A stretch of 64,000 nucleotides of DNA, taken from contig BEHD01000010.1 of assembly GCA_002898355.1 (NCBI GenBank), positions 2,637 through 66,636 of the forward strand, in the 5' to 3' direction. Under the pieces are notes generated by a model, which saw only the letters and a list, made by a program, of their open reading frames with translations, was not told the origin of the DNA and did no database searches. Shown in pieces: positions 36,589 to 45,800 of the stretch (position 1 is the first letter of the stretch; every line of letters starts with the position of its first letter). This DNA is from an archaeon HR01 (GTDB taxonomy: Archaea; Thermoproteota; Nitrososphaeria_A; Caldarchaeales; Caldarchaeaceae). The translations under genes and the position numbers were made by a program.

Positions 36589-37269
36589 ATGAGACCTCTT
36601 ATAGGATTTGCTGTGGGCATCGTCGGCGTCGTTATAATTCTTGCACCTGTCGCCCTCTACATCATGACCGGCTATGGGTCTCCCGTACAGCGTATTCTGG
36701 ATATGCAACTGGTTCCAGGTATGCCGTTTGGGTTAATATTATCATCCGCAGGTGCTGCCGTCTCGGCCGTAGGCGTAGTATTATTCATCAAGGCTATGAG
36801 GACCGTGGGCTCGACACCTCCCCTCGCAGAGTATACCAGACCATCCAGGCCGATGAGACCTAGCCCTAAGAGAGATCTGGAGGAGATAGAGGCGGAGATA
36901 GAGAAGATCTTGGACGACGGGAAAGGTGAGGGGCCTAGGGTTGAAGTGAGAATGCCTCAAACACCTCAGAGGAGCGCCCAGTCAGTTACCGCTGAAAAGG
37001 CTCCCCCACGTGAGAAACAGCCCTCCACCCATGTGAAAACCCCTAGTGTTAAGGTTATCTCCCGGGGCTTCGATCTGGTATGCAGGTCTTGTGGCGCCAT
37101 AAACCCTCTCGATAGCAAAGTTTGCAAGGAATGTGGGGGGAAGATATATGAGCCCAACCCGAGGCTTCCCGCATGCCCCGTCTGCGGCGCACCTCTGGAG
37201 GGTGAACAGCGGGTGGGGGAGAGGGTGGTGTGTACAGTATGCTTTTCAGAGCTTTTAATCAGTAGATAG
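36589..37269 (+). CDS. Two-TM membrane protein with C-terminal double zinc ribbon
   Basis: Two TM helices, low-complexity linker, CRSC, CKEC, CPVC, CTVC. Confidence 0.8.
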   Translation: MRPLIGFAVGIVGVVIILAPVALYIMTGYGSPVQRILDMQLVPGMPFGLILSSAGAAVSAVGVVLFIKAMRTVGSTPPLAEYTRPSRPMRPSPKRDLEEIEAEIEKILDDGKGEGPRVEVRMPQTPQRSAQSVTAEKAPPREKQPSTHVKTPSVKVISRGFDLVCRSCGAINPLDSKVCKECGGKIYEPNPRLPACPVCGAPLEGEQRVGERVVCTVCFSELLISR

Positions 37270-37281
37270 TTAGGCATGTAG

Positions 37282-37521
37282 GTGGCTGCCTTGGAGGGAG
37301 CTAAGCCAATCCCAACAATCATGAAAAACCTATCAAAACACGTTAAGGTCATCTTGAAGAACGACCTCTGCTACGAGGGTATGATGGTCGAATGCGACAA
37401 CTACATGAACCTCGTCATAGACCATGTAGTAGAATACCATGGGGAGAATAAGCTGGCCGGATATCCCAGGGTCCTCATAAGGGGTAATAACGTCCTATAT
37501 CTCATCCTCTCCAGCAAGTAA
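37282..37521 (+). CDS. Sm-like (LSm/SmAP) RNA-binding protein
   Basis: Sm1 YEGMMVECDNYMNLVI, Sm2 LIRGNNV. Confidence 0.92.
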   Translation: MAALEGAKPIPTIMKNLSKHVKVILKNDLCYEGMMVECDNYMNLVIDHVVEYHGENKLAGYPRVLIRGNNVLYLILSSK

Positions 37522-37591
37522 CCCTATTCATATTATCTAAAGTGGGGATAGGAACTTAAATAGGAAGAATCTATGACCAGAGAGAGGACCC

Positions 37592-38827
37592 ATGCTGTTG
37601 TCGGAGAATTTTGTTACCGTCGAATCTCTGGATAGAAAGGCAGTCGAAGAGCAGCAGATAGAGTTTGTGGAGAGGAAGGGGCTTGGGCATCCCGACTACA
37701 TCATCGACGCCGCATGTGAGGCCTCCTCCATACAGCTCTCCAAATACTATCTCAAAGAGTTCGGATACATACTGCACCATAACCTAGATAAAGGACTTCT
37801 AGTGGGTGGGAGAGCTGTTAACAGATTCGGTTACGGAAGAGTTGAAGAGCCCATCACAATCATCGTTGCAGGCAGAGCATCCACACGAGTCAAGTCCCCC
37901 ACGGGAGATATAGTTATTCCGGTGGATAATATAGTGAAGGATGCAATCAAGAACATGATAAGGAGTAACTTCAGGTTCCTAGACCCCGACCAGCATATTG
38001 TCATTGAGACCAGGATTCGGGAGAGCGCACCAGACCTCAAGGCTGTAGTAGAGTCCAAGACGAAGACTCCTTTGGCTAATGATACATCCTTCGGCGTCGC
38101 CTTCTACCCCTTCACACCGTTGGAGAAGATAGTATACGAGACTGAGAGGCGTCTCAACTCCCCCGACTTCAAACACCGTGTCAAGGAGAGCGGTGAAGAT
38201 GTTAAGGTGATGGGGCTGCGCAGGGGCAAGACAATCATTATAACTGTTGCTGACGGCATAGTGAGCACACTCACCAAGGATAGGGATCATTATCATGCGG
38301 TTAAGGAGGCAATCAAGGATGAGGTGGCTAAACTGGTGAATAAGATAGCTCCAGACTATGAGAGTGTGGTCTACGTCAATACGGCGGACAAATACGGCGT
38401 CCAGGTAGATAATGAGATCTTCTACCTCACCTGTACAGGTACTTCCGCTGAGCACGGTGACGACGGTAATACGGGCAGGGGTAACCGGGCTAATGGGCTT
38501 ATAACCCCCAACCGGCAGATGTCCTTAGAGGCTGCAGCCGGCAAGAACCCGATATCCCATGTGGGTAAGATATACAATATCCTGGCAAGGCTCATAGCTG
38601 AGAGGATATACCATGAGACTGGACAGGTTAGGGAGGTTTACGTAAGGATATTGAGCCAGATAGGAAGGCAGATTGACCAGCCCCTCTCAGCCTCTGTCCA
38701 AGTGCTGGCGACCAATAAATTCACCTCAAACCTAGGAAACGAGATTCAGCGGATAGTAGAGGACGAGGTGTCCAAGGTCACTAGGATAACAGAGCTGGTT
38801 CTCTCAGGGGAGGTAACTGTCTTCTAG
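37592..38827 (+). CDS. mat: S-adenosylmethionine synthetase (archaeal type)
   Basis: ERKGLGHPDY, HHNLDK, ANDTSFG, GEDVKVMG, GRGNR, AGKNPISHVGK. Confidence 0.95.
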   Translation: MLLSENFVTVESLDRKAVEEQQIEFVERKGLGHPDYIIDAACEASSIQLSKYYLKEFGYILHHNLDKGLLVGGRAVNRFGYGRVEEPITIIVAGRASTRVKSPTGDIVIPVDNIVKDAIKNMIRSNFRFLDPDQHIVIETRIRESAPDLKAVVESKTKTPLANDTSFGVAFYPFTPLEKIVYETERRLNSPDFKHRVKESGEDVKVMGLRRGKTIIITVADGIVSTLTKDRDHYHAVKEAIKDEVAKLVNKIAPDYESVVYVNTADKYGVQVDNEIFYLTCTGTSAEHGDDGNTGRGNRANGLITPNRQMSLEAAAGKNPISHVGKIYNILARLIAERIYHETGQVREVYVRILSQIGRQIDQPLSASVQVLATNKFTSNLGNEIQRIVEDEVSKVTRITELVLSGEVTVF

Positions 38828-39546
38828 AAAGTGAAACGGTCCAACCCCCTGCTCCTCCTAAGTATTTCGCTGCACATCCTAGGTGTTAGACATCTAAACT
38901 CCACGCCTAACTGCCTGCATACGCTGGACGCCTTGCTGGATATGGATGGGGCGGCTACAATGGTCCTTGGCTTCTCACCCAGCTCCCTCTCGATGGATGA
39001 CGCATATTTCTGGAGCTGGATGATATCCTCCCTTGAAGCCCTAGCCTTCTTCAGCTCCAAGATGACGAGCCTCCCCTCCCTATCTCTACCCATGAGGTCT
39101 ATACGTCCAGAGCGGAATACCTGTCTCTCCTCGGCGAAGGGTTTGAAGCCTGGCTCCACTATATCGGGCTGAAGTAGGACTGCACTTTTCATCTCATCCT
39201 CGGTGGCGTACATCTCAAACTGGGCATCGTCGGAGAGGGAGAAGATATACATCTTTGGCGTTCCACTGAAGCTTACATCCAGCCTCTCTGAACGGCGTCT
39301 AACCACCAGTTTCAGCCCCTCCTGCCCCATCTCTATCTCTATCCGCGAGTTGGGTGGCTGCCAGTTAACAGGCTCGTAGCCCGTCGGCCTGTGGACCAAA
39401 ACACTCTTATCATTTTTGATTATAACCAGCCTCTCCCCCCACCCCAGACGGGAGGCAGCCCTACCCTCATATCTTACACTGCATAGTCCCACAAGAATTA
39501 TGAGATTGTTGGATTCAAGGGCCTCCTTCAGCGTCTTCTCAGACAT
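38824..39546 (-). CDS. nucS: Mismatch endonuclease NucS/EndoMS
   Basis: YEGRAASRL, PVNWQP, GRIDL, ILELK, QLQKY. Confidence 0.93.
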   Translation of the reverse strand: MSEKTLKEALESNNLIILVGLCSVRYEGRAASRLGWGERLVIIKNDKSVLVHRPTGYEPVNWQPPNSRIEIEMGQEGLKLVVRRRSERLDVSFSGTPKMYIFSLSDDAQFEMYATEDEMKSAVLLQPDIVEPGFKPFAEERQVFRSGRIDLMGRDREGRLVILELKKARASREDIIQLQKYASSIERELGEKPRTIVAAPSISSKASSVCRQLGVEFRCLTPRMCSEILRRSRGLDRFTF

Positions 39547-39552
39547 ACCCTC

Positions 39553-40860
39553 TCAAGTCGGAAGGTTTAATGCTCTGAGAATCTCGATGTGTGGGTCAGA
39601 CCTAACGGGGAAGTATATGAAGGCCCATAGCAGCTGCGCTACTGTGATGGCTAGAAGGACCGCCCTAGAAAATTTTCCATCATCCAGCATGTATGAGAGC
39701 CCTATGACGAGTCCTGGAAGAGACATGACGAAGTAGAAGGGATAAACCCACCGGTTAAAGAGATACGCGATAGGATAGTAGATGCCATAGTTTAGAGCCA
39801 GCCAGGATAGTGTGAAGGATTCAACCCTGATATCTACATGGTTTCTCCTGTTTATGATTATCCTGTGGATGGCTGTGGGGATGACGACAAGTGTGGTCCA
39901 CCAGTAGGGGCTGTAGATACCCCAGTAGGCTATGGGATGCCAGGTCTTCTCTCCAGCAGAAGCTGTCACGACGTTGAAAGGCATGGGTTGGAATTGCTGT
40001 ATAGGCGATATCCAGCTGAAGGGGAGGTCTATGATGGTGCCTGAGCGCTCGACACATCTAAAGGGTAGGATGTAGGATACGCATGTGTATCTGAGTTGGG
40101 TGTGGTAGGCTAGCATGTAGTCGAGGTGGGCGAAGGGGTTGTTATAGGCTCCGAACCAGAGGTCGTAGAAAGTTAGTCCGGCTAAGAACAACGCCATCAT
40201 AGGGATGGATGTCCTCTCGAAAGCCCTCAGTGTTTTCTGGACTGCATCCCCCCACCCACCATCACTAAGGGAGTTGAGGAAAGTGTATGTCAGCAGGCCT
40301 AGATATGCGAAGAGGCTGGAGGTCTTGGAGAGGAGGGCGAGGGATAGGATCAGGCCTGAAAGGATGTACTGGTTTCGGATGTATAGAAAGGCTCCTAGGA
40401 CGGTGAAGAAGACGGCTGGGCCGTCAAGAATTGCTATAGAACCCACGTTGAGGAACATTATATCGGCGCCCAACAGCACGGCCGAAACCCAGACCACAAC
40501 CATGCGGCGTGTCAGCTCCCACGCCAGTAATACCAGGAAGCCCACCGCTATGGATGAGAGAATCGATGGGAAGAACCGCCAGCCTATAGGGTTGTCTCCG
40601 AAGACCCGTATCCCGAGGGCTATCAAAAGCTTTGAGAGGGGCGGATGCTCGTTGTTTACAGCTTCTCCGTTGAGGAGTTTTCTGGCTGCTGGGACATAGT
40701 AGTATTCGTCAAAGATTAGAGCACATTCGGTGGGCGGCTTCTCTATACACTGTTCAGGGGGCAGGGAGGGTGATGGATAGTTGATGATAGCAATTCTGAG
40801 ACCTACAAGGATTAGGATGGTGGCTAGGGCGATAATGTATGGCTTCTTCAACTCTATCAC
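39553..40860 (-). CDS. GT39/PMT-like polyprenyl-phosphate-sugar-dependent glycosyltransferase
   Basis: FDEYYY, EHPPLSK, GWRF, ILD, multiple TM helices. Confidence 0.85.
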   Translation of the reverse strand: MIELKKPYIIALATILILVGLRIAIINYPSPSLPPEQCIEKPPTECALIFDEYYYVPAARKLLNGEAVNNEHPPLSKLLIALGIRVFGDNPIGWRFFPSILSSIAVGFLVLLAWELTRRMVVVWVSAVLLGADIMFLNVGSIAILDGPAVFFTVLGAFLYIRNQYILSGLILSLALLSKTSSLFAYLGLLTYTFLNSLSDGGWGDAVQKTLRAFERTSIPMMALFLAGLTFYDLWFGAYNNPFAHLDYMLAYHTQLRYTCVSYILPFRCVERSGTIIDLPFSWISPIQQFQPMPFNVVTASAGEKTWHPIAYWGIYSPYWWTTLVVIPTAIHRIIINRRNHVDIRVESFTLSWLALNYGIYYPIAYLFNRWVYPFYFVMSLPGLVIGLSYMLDDGKFSRAVLLAITVAQLLWAFIYFPVRSDPHIEILRALNLPT

Positions 40861-42422
40861 TTCAGCTTCTTACACATGTATGGGCCTATCCTCTCATAAC
40901 CCAGCTTACGGTAGTAGTTTCTCACGCCAACCCCGCTGATGACAGCCACTCGGTCAAGTCCGTAATCCTCCATGGATATCCTCTCCGCCTCAGAGAGGAG
41001 CATCCTCCCAAATCCCCTATGCTGGGCGGATTTAACTTCAGGATTCCCGCCAACGGGGGTCATGACACCGTACACGTGTAGCTCCCTCACCAGAGAGGAA
41101 TTCTCCAGCTCCTCCCTAAGACACCGACCGGGTATTCTAAGCCTAATAAAGCCTATCAGCGAGTCAGTATCCTCATCATCCAATGTTATAAACCACTCGT
41201 CTCCATGGCTGGCACGGTATCTGAGACGGTTTATGGTCAGCCTCTCCCATAGAGCAGGCCTCCGGCCTACCTCCCTACATCTTATGCACCGGCACCTACC
41301 CTCCATCTTGCCCTCCACCTCCTGTCTAAGGTTTGCCACCCTGCAGCCATCTAACGCATATTCTAGAGGTATCTCCCTCAAAACCCTATTAACCCTCACG
41401 TAGGGCGGTATGTCTTTAAAGAACTCGGATAAAACCCGTATCAGCTCTCTGTCGCTGTAGGGCCTGTAGAGGCCCTTCCTCCACATCTCCTCAAGCCCTG
41501 TGCCGGGAAGAACAAGGGTTGGATATATCTTGAGCATGTCAGGCCTGAAATCTTCAGAGCGGAAAAGCCTTTGAAGCATCTCAAGATCTTTCTCAGGGGT
41601 TGAACCTGGCAGGTTGGGCATCATATGGTAGCAGACCTTGAAAGCGAGGTCCTTCAGGTCGGCCGTCGCCTCAACCACATCAGCCACGCTGTGTCCACGA
41701 TTAACACTTTCAAGAATGCCGTCATCTAACGTTTGGACCCCCAGCTCAACCCTAGTCACACCCATATCAACCAGCTTCCTTGCCTGGGGATATTTGGCCC
41801 AGTCGGGCTTGGTCTCGACGGTTATTCCTGACACGTGTATGGCCGCATTCTCAGCATTCTGGAGGGCTGTCTCCAAATCAGGTGAGACTACACCATTCAA
41901 CGCATCAAGACATCCCTTAATGAATTTACGTTGGAAGTTTTCCGGGGTGGCTGTGAATGTTCCACCGATAATTATTATCTCGACCTTATCCACATTATGG
42001 CCTAGGCTACGGAGCTTCTCCAACTTCATCAATGTCTGCCTGTATGGGTCGTAGCCGGCTTCACGGGCTTCGATGATGACAGGCTCTCTACCGGTATAGC
42101 TTTGGGGTGTTCCCTGCTGAAATCCCCCAGGGCAGTAGATGCATTTGCCGTGTGGACACGAGTATATGGGGGCTACAACTGTAATCACGGATACACCTGA
42201 CACAGTTTTGACTGGTTTCTTTCTCAGCAGTGTCCGAAGCCAGGCTGGGTCTTCGTCTTTTAGGGCTTGGTAGAGCTGGTTGTTGGAGGGTATCACTGAT
42301 AGGCCGAGTCTCCTGACAGCTTCTAACTTCGCCTTGTGAAGCTCTTGATATGTGGATGGCTCAGCCTCCAGGAGGTACTGGATAACATCTCTAAGGCTCT
42401 CCCTATTCAGGGTCTCTAGCAA
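40857..42422 (-). CDS. elp3: Elp3 tRNA uridine(34) carboxymethylase (radical SAM + GNAT)
   Basis: KTVSGVSV, CPHGKCIYCPG, GGTF, VELGVQ, KIYPT, RELHVYG, QHRGFG. Confidence 0.95.
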   Translation of the reverse strand: MLETLNRESLRDVIQYLLEAEPSTYQELHKAKLEAVRRLGLSVIPSNNQLYQALKDEDPAWLRTLLRKKPVKTVSGVSVITVVAPIYSCPHGKCIYCPGGFQQGTPQSYTGREPVIIEAREAGYDPYRQTLMKLEKLRSLGHNVDKVEIIIIGGTFTATPENFQRKFIKGCLDALNGVVSPDLETALQNAENAAIHVSGITVETKPDWAKYPQARKLVDMGVTRVELGVQTLDDGILESVNRGHSVADVVEATADLKDLAFKVCYHMMPNLPGSTPEKDLEMLQRLFRSEDFRPDMLKIYPTLVLPGTGLEEMWRKGLYRPYSDRELIRVLSEFFKDIPPYVRVNRVLREIPLEYALDGCRVANLRQEVEGKMEGRCRCIRCREVGRRPALWERLTINRLRYRASHGDEWFITLDDEDTDSLIGFIRLRIPGRCLREELENSSLVRELHVYGVMTPVGGNPEVKSAQHRGFGRMLLSEAERISMEDYGLDRVAVISGVGVRNYYRKLGYERIGPYMCKKLK

Positions 42423-43366
42423 TTCTCCCTCCCCAGCCTACGGACCATACGGCTTATCCACCTTAAGGCTCTATAGGGCCTCGGCCCCAGCGGACCGCCC
42501 AGAACCACCTCATCATAGCCCAGCTCAATAATATTAGCTATATGCTCCTCTAGACGTTCAGGCTTCCCCCATATACTGAAATAATCCACCCAGTCGCCAT
42601 CTGAGACCTGATAAAGTCCCTCCCAGTCAGAGGTCTCCAAGCAACGTGCCACCCTACCCCTCAGCTCCTCCGATACGCCAATCCTCTCCAGATATTTGGG
42701 GCTGGACCCTGCCATAAGGTATGCGGCGAAGGGGACAGCGGTCTTCCTTGCCTTTCCAGCATCTTCGTGGATAGATACGATGAGGTGCACAGCCATGACG
42801 AAGTCTCTTCCTCCAGTTAAGGCATCCCTGACATTTTCCTTGGCCTCCCTAATCATTTCAAGGTTTGACCAGTTGACTAATACCCCGTCTCCAATCTGCG
42901 CAGCCAGCCTCATCATCCTAGGACCCTGAGCCCCCAGAAAGATGGGAAGCCTCTTCACAGGCGGCATCTCCAGCCTAGGCCCCTCCGAGAAGATTTTCCG
43001 CAATCTTTCGACGAAGAAGGATACCTCCTCGACCGGGTTCCTCCTCTCTATACCAAGTCTGGCTAGTGAGAGTTTATCTCCGGCCCCCACAGCCAGCCTA
43101 AACCTATCGCCGGCCATGTCGTTTAGAGTCGTCATTATCTGGGCTATGGTGATGGGGTGGTGTATGTAGGGGTTTACCACTGACGGGCCAAGGATTAGCC
43201 TTCTGGTTCTCCTAGCCGCCTCCGAGAGGGCTATGAAGACGTTGCGGTTGAAGAAATGGTCGCTCATCCAGAGACCGTCAAAACCCAGACCCTCAGCTAT
43301 CATGGCCATAAGTGCGGTCTTCCAGAGGGGGTCTCTCGGGACAAGCTCTACGGAGAACTTAGGCAT
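42416..43366 (-). CDS. Luciferase-like (LLM) F420-dependent oxidoreductase, Mer-like
   Basis: GFDGLWMSDHFFNR, NPYIHHP, GAGD, GAQGPRM, DGVLVN, GGPLGP. Confidence 0.85.
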   Translation of the reverse strand: MPKFSVELVPRDPLWKTALMAMIAEGLGFDGLWMSDHFFNRNVFIALSEAARRTRRLILGPSVVNPYIHHPITIAQIMTTLNDMAGDRFRLAVGAGDKLSLARLGIERRNPVEEVSFFVERLRKIFSEGPRLEMPPVKRLPIFLGAQGPRMMRLAAQIGDGVLVNWSNLEMIREAKENVRDALTGGRDFVMAVHLIVSIHEDAGKARKTAVPFAAYLMAGSSPKYLERIGVSEELRGRVARCLETSDWEGLYQVSDGDWVDYFSIWGKPERLEEHIANIIELGYDEVVLGGPLGPRPYRALRWISRMVRRLGRENC

Positions 43367-43580
43367 CCCTCCCAGTCCTCAACACCATAACCGTCTTGTC
43401 AGGCTCCACCATCATACATGCTTTTTTCAAAAGTTTAAACCCCTCCACACCCCACAATTCTCCCGTCTGGTACATGTCAGCTATACGCCACCCCATAGCC
43501 CTAGGTATCCTGTCAGCATACAGACTAGCAACCAAGATATCTAGTAGCTTCCCAGCTATCACCCTACGCCGTATAACCAT
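43359..43580 (-). CDS. Small conserved hypothetical protein
   Basis: GGAGGTG RBS before ATG 43580; overlaps the start of the LLM gene; plausible helical protein. Confidence 0.7.
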   Translation of the reverse strand: MVIRRRVIAGKLLDILVASLYADRIPRAMGWRIADMYQTGELWGVEGFKLLKKACMMVEPDKTVMVLRTGRDA

Positions 43581-43635
43581 CACCTCCGAAACAGCATAAG
43601 TAATAAATAAATCTCTGCAAAATTATTACTGTATA

Positions 43636-44343
43636 ATGCTGGGGTTCATCTCCAAAAAGGCTGTAATACGTGGGGTCGTAAGCAGGGGGGCTGTAATCTA
43701 TGGCCCCACAGAGATATCGGAGGGGTGCTTCGTGGATGACGCTGTGATAGGGTACCCTACACGTGGCCGTCTGATGTATGTCTTAGAGAAGTCTTCCGAC
43801 GCCACGGAGGCCTTGGATGAAGTGAGCCTAGGAGCCTACTTAGGTCCCCGATGCATAGTGAGAAGCGGTTGCATCATCTACGAGGAGGTCATGATGGAGG
43901 ACTCTGTGGAGCTGGGCCACGGGGTCCTGATAAGGTCAGGTAGCGTCGTTAGGTCAGGCTCGAGGATAGGAAGCTTTACCCAGCTGGACGGGAAAGTATT
44001 GATTGGGAAAAACGTCAACATCCAGTCAAATGTTTACCTACCCCACCTTACAAAAATCCTAGATGATGCCTTCCTAGGCCCCGGCGTAACCATGACCAAC
44101 GACCTCTACCCTGTGGCATCATCCCTCAAAGGCCCAACCATCGGGGCTAAAGCCATCATAGGGTCTAGAGCCGTTATCCTCCCCGGAGTAAATATAGGAG
44201 AGGGGGCTGTGGTGGGAGCAGGCTCAGTAGTCACCAGAGATGTGAAACCATACACGGTCGTCTACGGGGTCCCAGCCCGTGAAGTATATAGCCGTGAAGA
44301 ATATGATAGGAGGAAGGCCATGTACGAGTTGAAGGAGGGGTAA
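43636..44343 (+). CDS. Hexapeptide-repeat acyltransferase (sugar N-acetyltransferase-like)
   Basis: Left-handed beta-helix repeats, FLGPGVTMTND, GAGSVVTRDV, GVPAR. Confidence 0.88.
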   Translation: MLGFISKKAVIRGVVSRGAVIYGPTEISEGCFVDDAVIGYPTRGRLMYVLEKSSDATEALDEVSLGAYLGPRCIVRSGCIIYEEVMMEDSVELGHGVLIRSGSVVRSGSRIGSFTQLDGKVLIGKNVNIQSNVYLPHLTKILDDAFLGPGVTMTNDLYPVASSLKGPTIGAKAIIGSRAVILPGVNIGEGAVVGAGSVVTRDVKPYTVVYGVPAREVYSREEYDRRKAMYELKEG

Positions 44344-44396
44344 TGCTTAAAAACCAGGGGATAGCTTGATAGGTAGGTGAGGCTGAGGAAGCAGTA

Positions 44397-44705
44397 ATGG
44401 CTGACATATGTTCCACATGTGGACTCCCAAAATCGATATGTGTATGTAGCACGATAAGCAGAGAGCAGCAGAGGGTTAAGATAAAGCTGGAGCATAGAAA
44501 ATGGAATAAGCCTACCACAGTTATCGAGGGGCTAGACGGGACGAAGAAGGACCTTCAAGAGATAGCGTCCAAGCTGAAGGCTTTTCTGGCCTGCGGCGGC
44601 GTAGTAAAGGAGGGCAGCATACTACTTCAGGGAGACCATAGAGAGAAGGCTAAAGAGGCCCTTCTAGCCCTAGGACTGACGGAGGATAAGATCGAGGTAA
44701 TTTAG
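44397..44705 (+). CDS. Translation initiation factor 1 (SUI1/aIF1)
   Basis: CSTCGLPKSICVC, TVIEG, LACGG, LQGDHR. Confidence 0.93.
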   Translation: MADICSTCGLPKSICVCSTISREQQRVKIKLEHRKWNKPTTVIEGLDGTKKDLQEIASKLKAFLACGGVVKEGSILLQGDHREKAKEALLALGLTEDKIEVI

Positions 44706-45640
44706 GCGGCCTGTGCAGAAGATGCTAAGCCTTCAAGGATATCTTTCAATCCCTTAAACCTATTTCTAACAGTAACCTCTGTGACACCAGCGGCCCTTGC
44801 GATGTCCTTCTGAGTGAGGTTCTGTGTTGTTTCCTGACAGGCCATGTAGAGGGCGGCGGCAGCTATACCCACCGGGTCTTTACCGACGGTCGCACCCTTG
44901 GCCACGGCCTCACTCAACAGCCTCATAGCCTCCTGTACTGTCCTCTGGTCAAGCCCCACCTTGGACGCTATCTTGTTCAGATATATTGATGGGTCTGCCA
45001 CTGGCACCTTAAGCCCGAGATGTTTAAGGAGGAGCCGGTAGCCCTGGGCTATAGTCTTACGTTTCACAGCTGCGTATGCCCTTTCAAATTCCCTCAGATC
45101 TCTAGGCGTACCCAACTGTCTACAGGCCGCATAAGTGGCTGCGGCCATGATGGATTTGATGGAGCGTCCCCTAACCAAGCCTGCTTTGAGGGCTTTCCGA
45201 TAAATGAGCATGGCCCTCTCCGCCACAGCGGGTGCCAGATGCAGTTTGTCCACGTATATCTGTAGAATGTTAACTGCCTGCTGTAGGTTTCTGGTCTCGG
45301 ACGAGTTAACTTGGGATGTGGCATCAAGCTTCTTAAGCCTGAGCATCTTCTCCCTAGCCTCCTTGGGTAGTTTCTTCCCCGAAGCATCCTCATCTATCCG
45401 GTCTATCACTGTAGAAAGCCCGTGGTCCCTATACATGATGGATAGTGGTGCACCAGCTCTGCTTCTGCTCTCCTCTTCCTCATCTATGTTCCTCCACTCA
45501 GGCCCCATATCCACATCCTTCTCCTGTATGACGAACCCGCACACCGTACATGTAACCTCCCCTGTCCTAGGGTCCGTTACCAGCATTTCATTTCCACATT
45601 CAGGACAGAAGACTGTTTCCTTCCAACTTTTTCTAACCAT
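44702..45640 (-). CDS. tfb: Transcription initiation factor IIB (TFB)
   Basis: Zn ribbon CPEC...CTVCG, GPEWR, two cyclin folds, GKDPVG, VTEVTVRNR. Confidence 0.97.
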   Translation of the reverse strand: MVRKSWKETVFCPECGNEMLVTDPRTGEVTCTVCGFVIQEKDVDMGPEWRNIDEEEESRSRAGAPLSIMYRDHGLSTVIDRIDEDASGKKLPKEAREKMLRLKKLDATSQVNSSETRNLQQAVNILQIYVDKLHLAPAVAERAMLIYRKALKAGLVRGRSIKSIMAAATYAACRQLGTPRDLREFERAYAAVKRKTIAQGYRLLLKHLGLKVPVADPSIYLNKIASKVGLDQRTVQEAMRLLSEAVAKGATVGKDPVGIAAAALYMACQETTQNLTQKDIARAAGVTEVTVRNRFKGLKDILEGLASSAQAA

Positions 45641-45709
45641 TTTTCCCTCAACCTCCGAAAGCCATATAGGCTAGCCCACCGTCGCCGATGGGATAACCTA
45701 TAAGGTTTT

Positions 45710-45733
45710 CTATCTATTTACGGTAATAGATAG
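45710..45733. promoter_or_regulatory. 9-bp inverted repeat abutting the tfb promoter
   Basis: CTATCTATT-TACGGT-AATAGATAG; on the minus strand it is immediately followed by AAAA-CCTTATAGG (BRE/TATA-like). Confidence 0.5.
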
Positions 45734-45800
45734 TATTTAAGCTTTTCACTGTTTCAACCACCTTATCATTTTAAAAAGGCCCTTACAGCATCCATGTGGG

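Noticed and set aside
37282-38827. LSm-mat adjacency as a novel link
   Set aside because: As far as I recall this pairing is already known from crenarchaeal genomes; ordinary housekeeping context
29141-45733. The inverted repeats at 29141-29165 and 45710-45733 as Xer/dif sites
   Set aside because: Neither has the 11-6-11 geometry with ATAA/TTAT inner arm ends; kept only as operator-like elements
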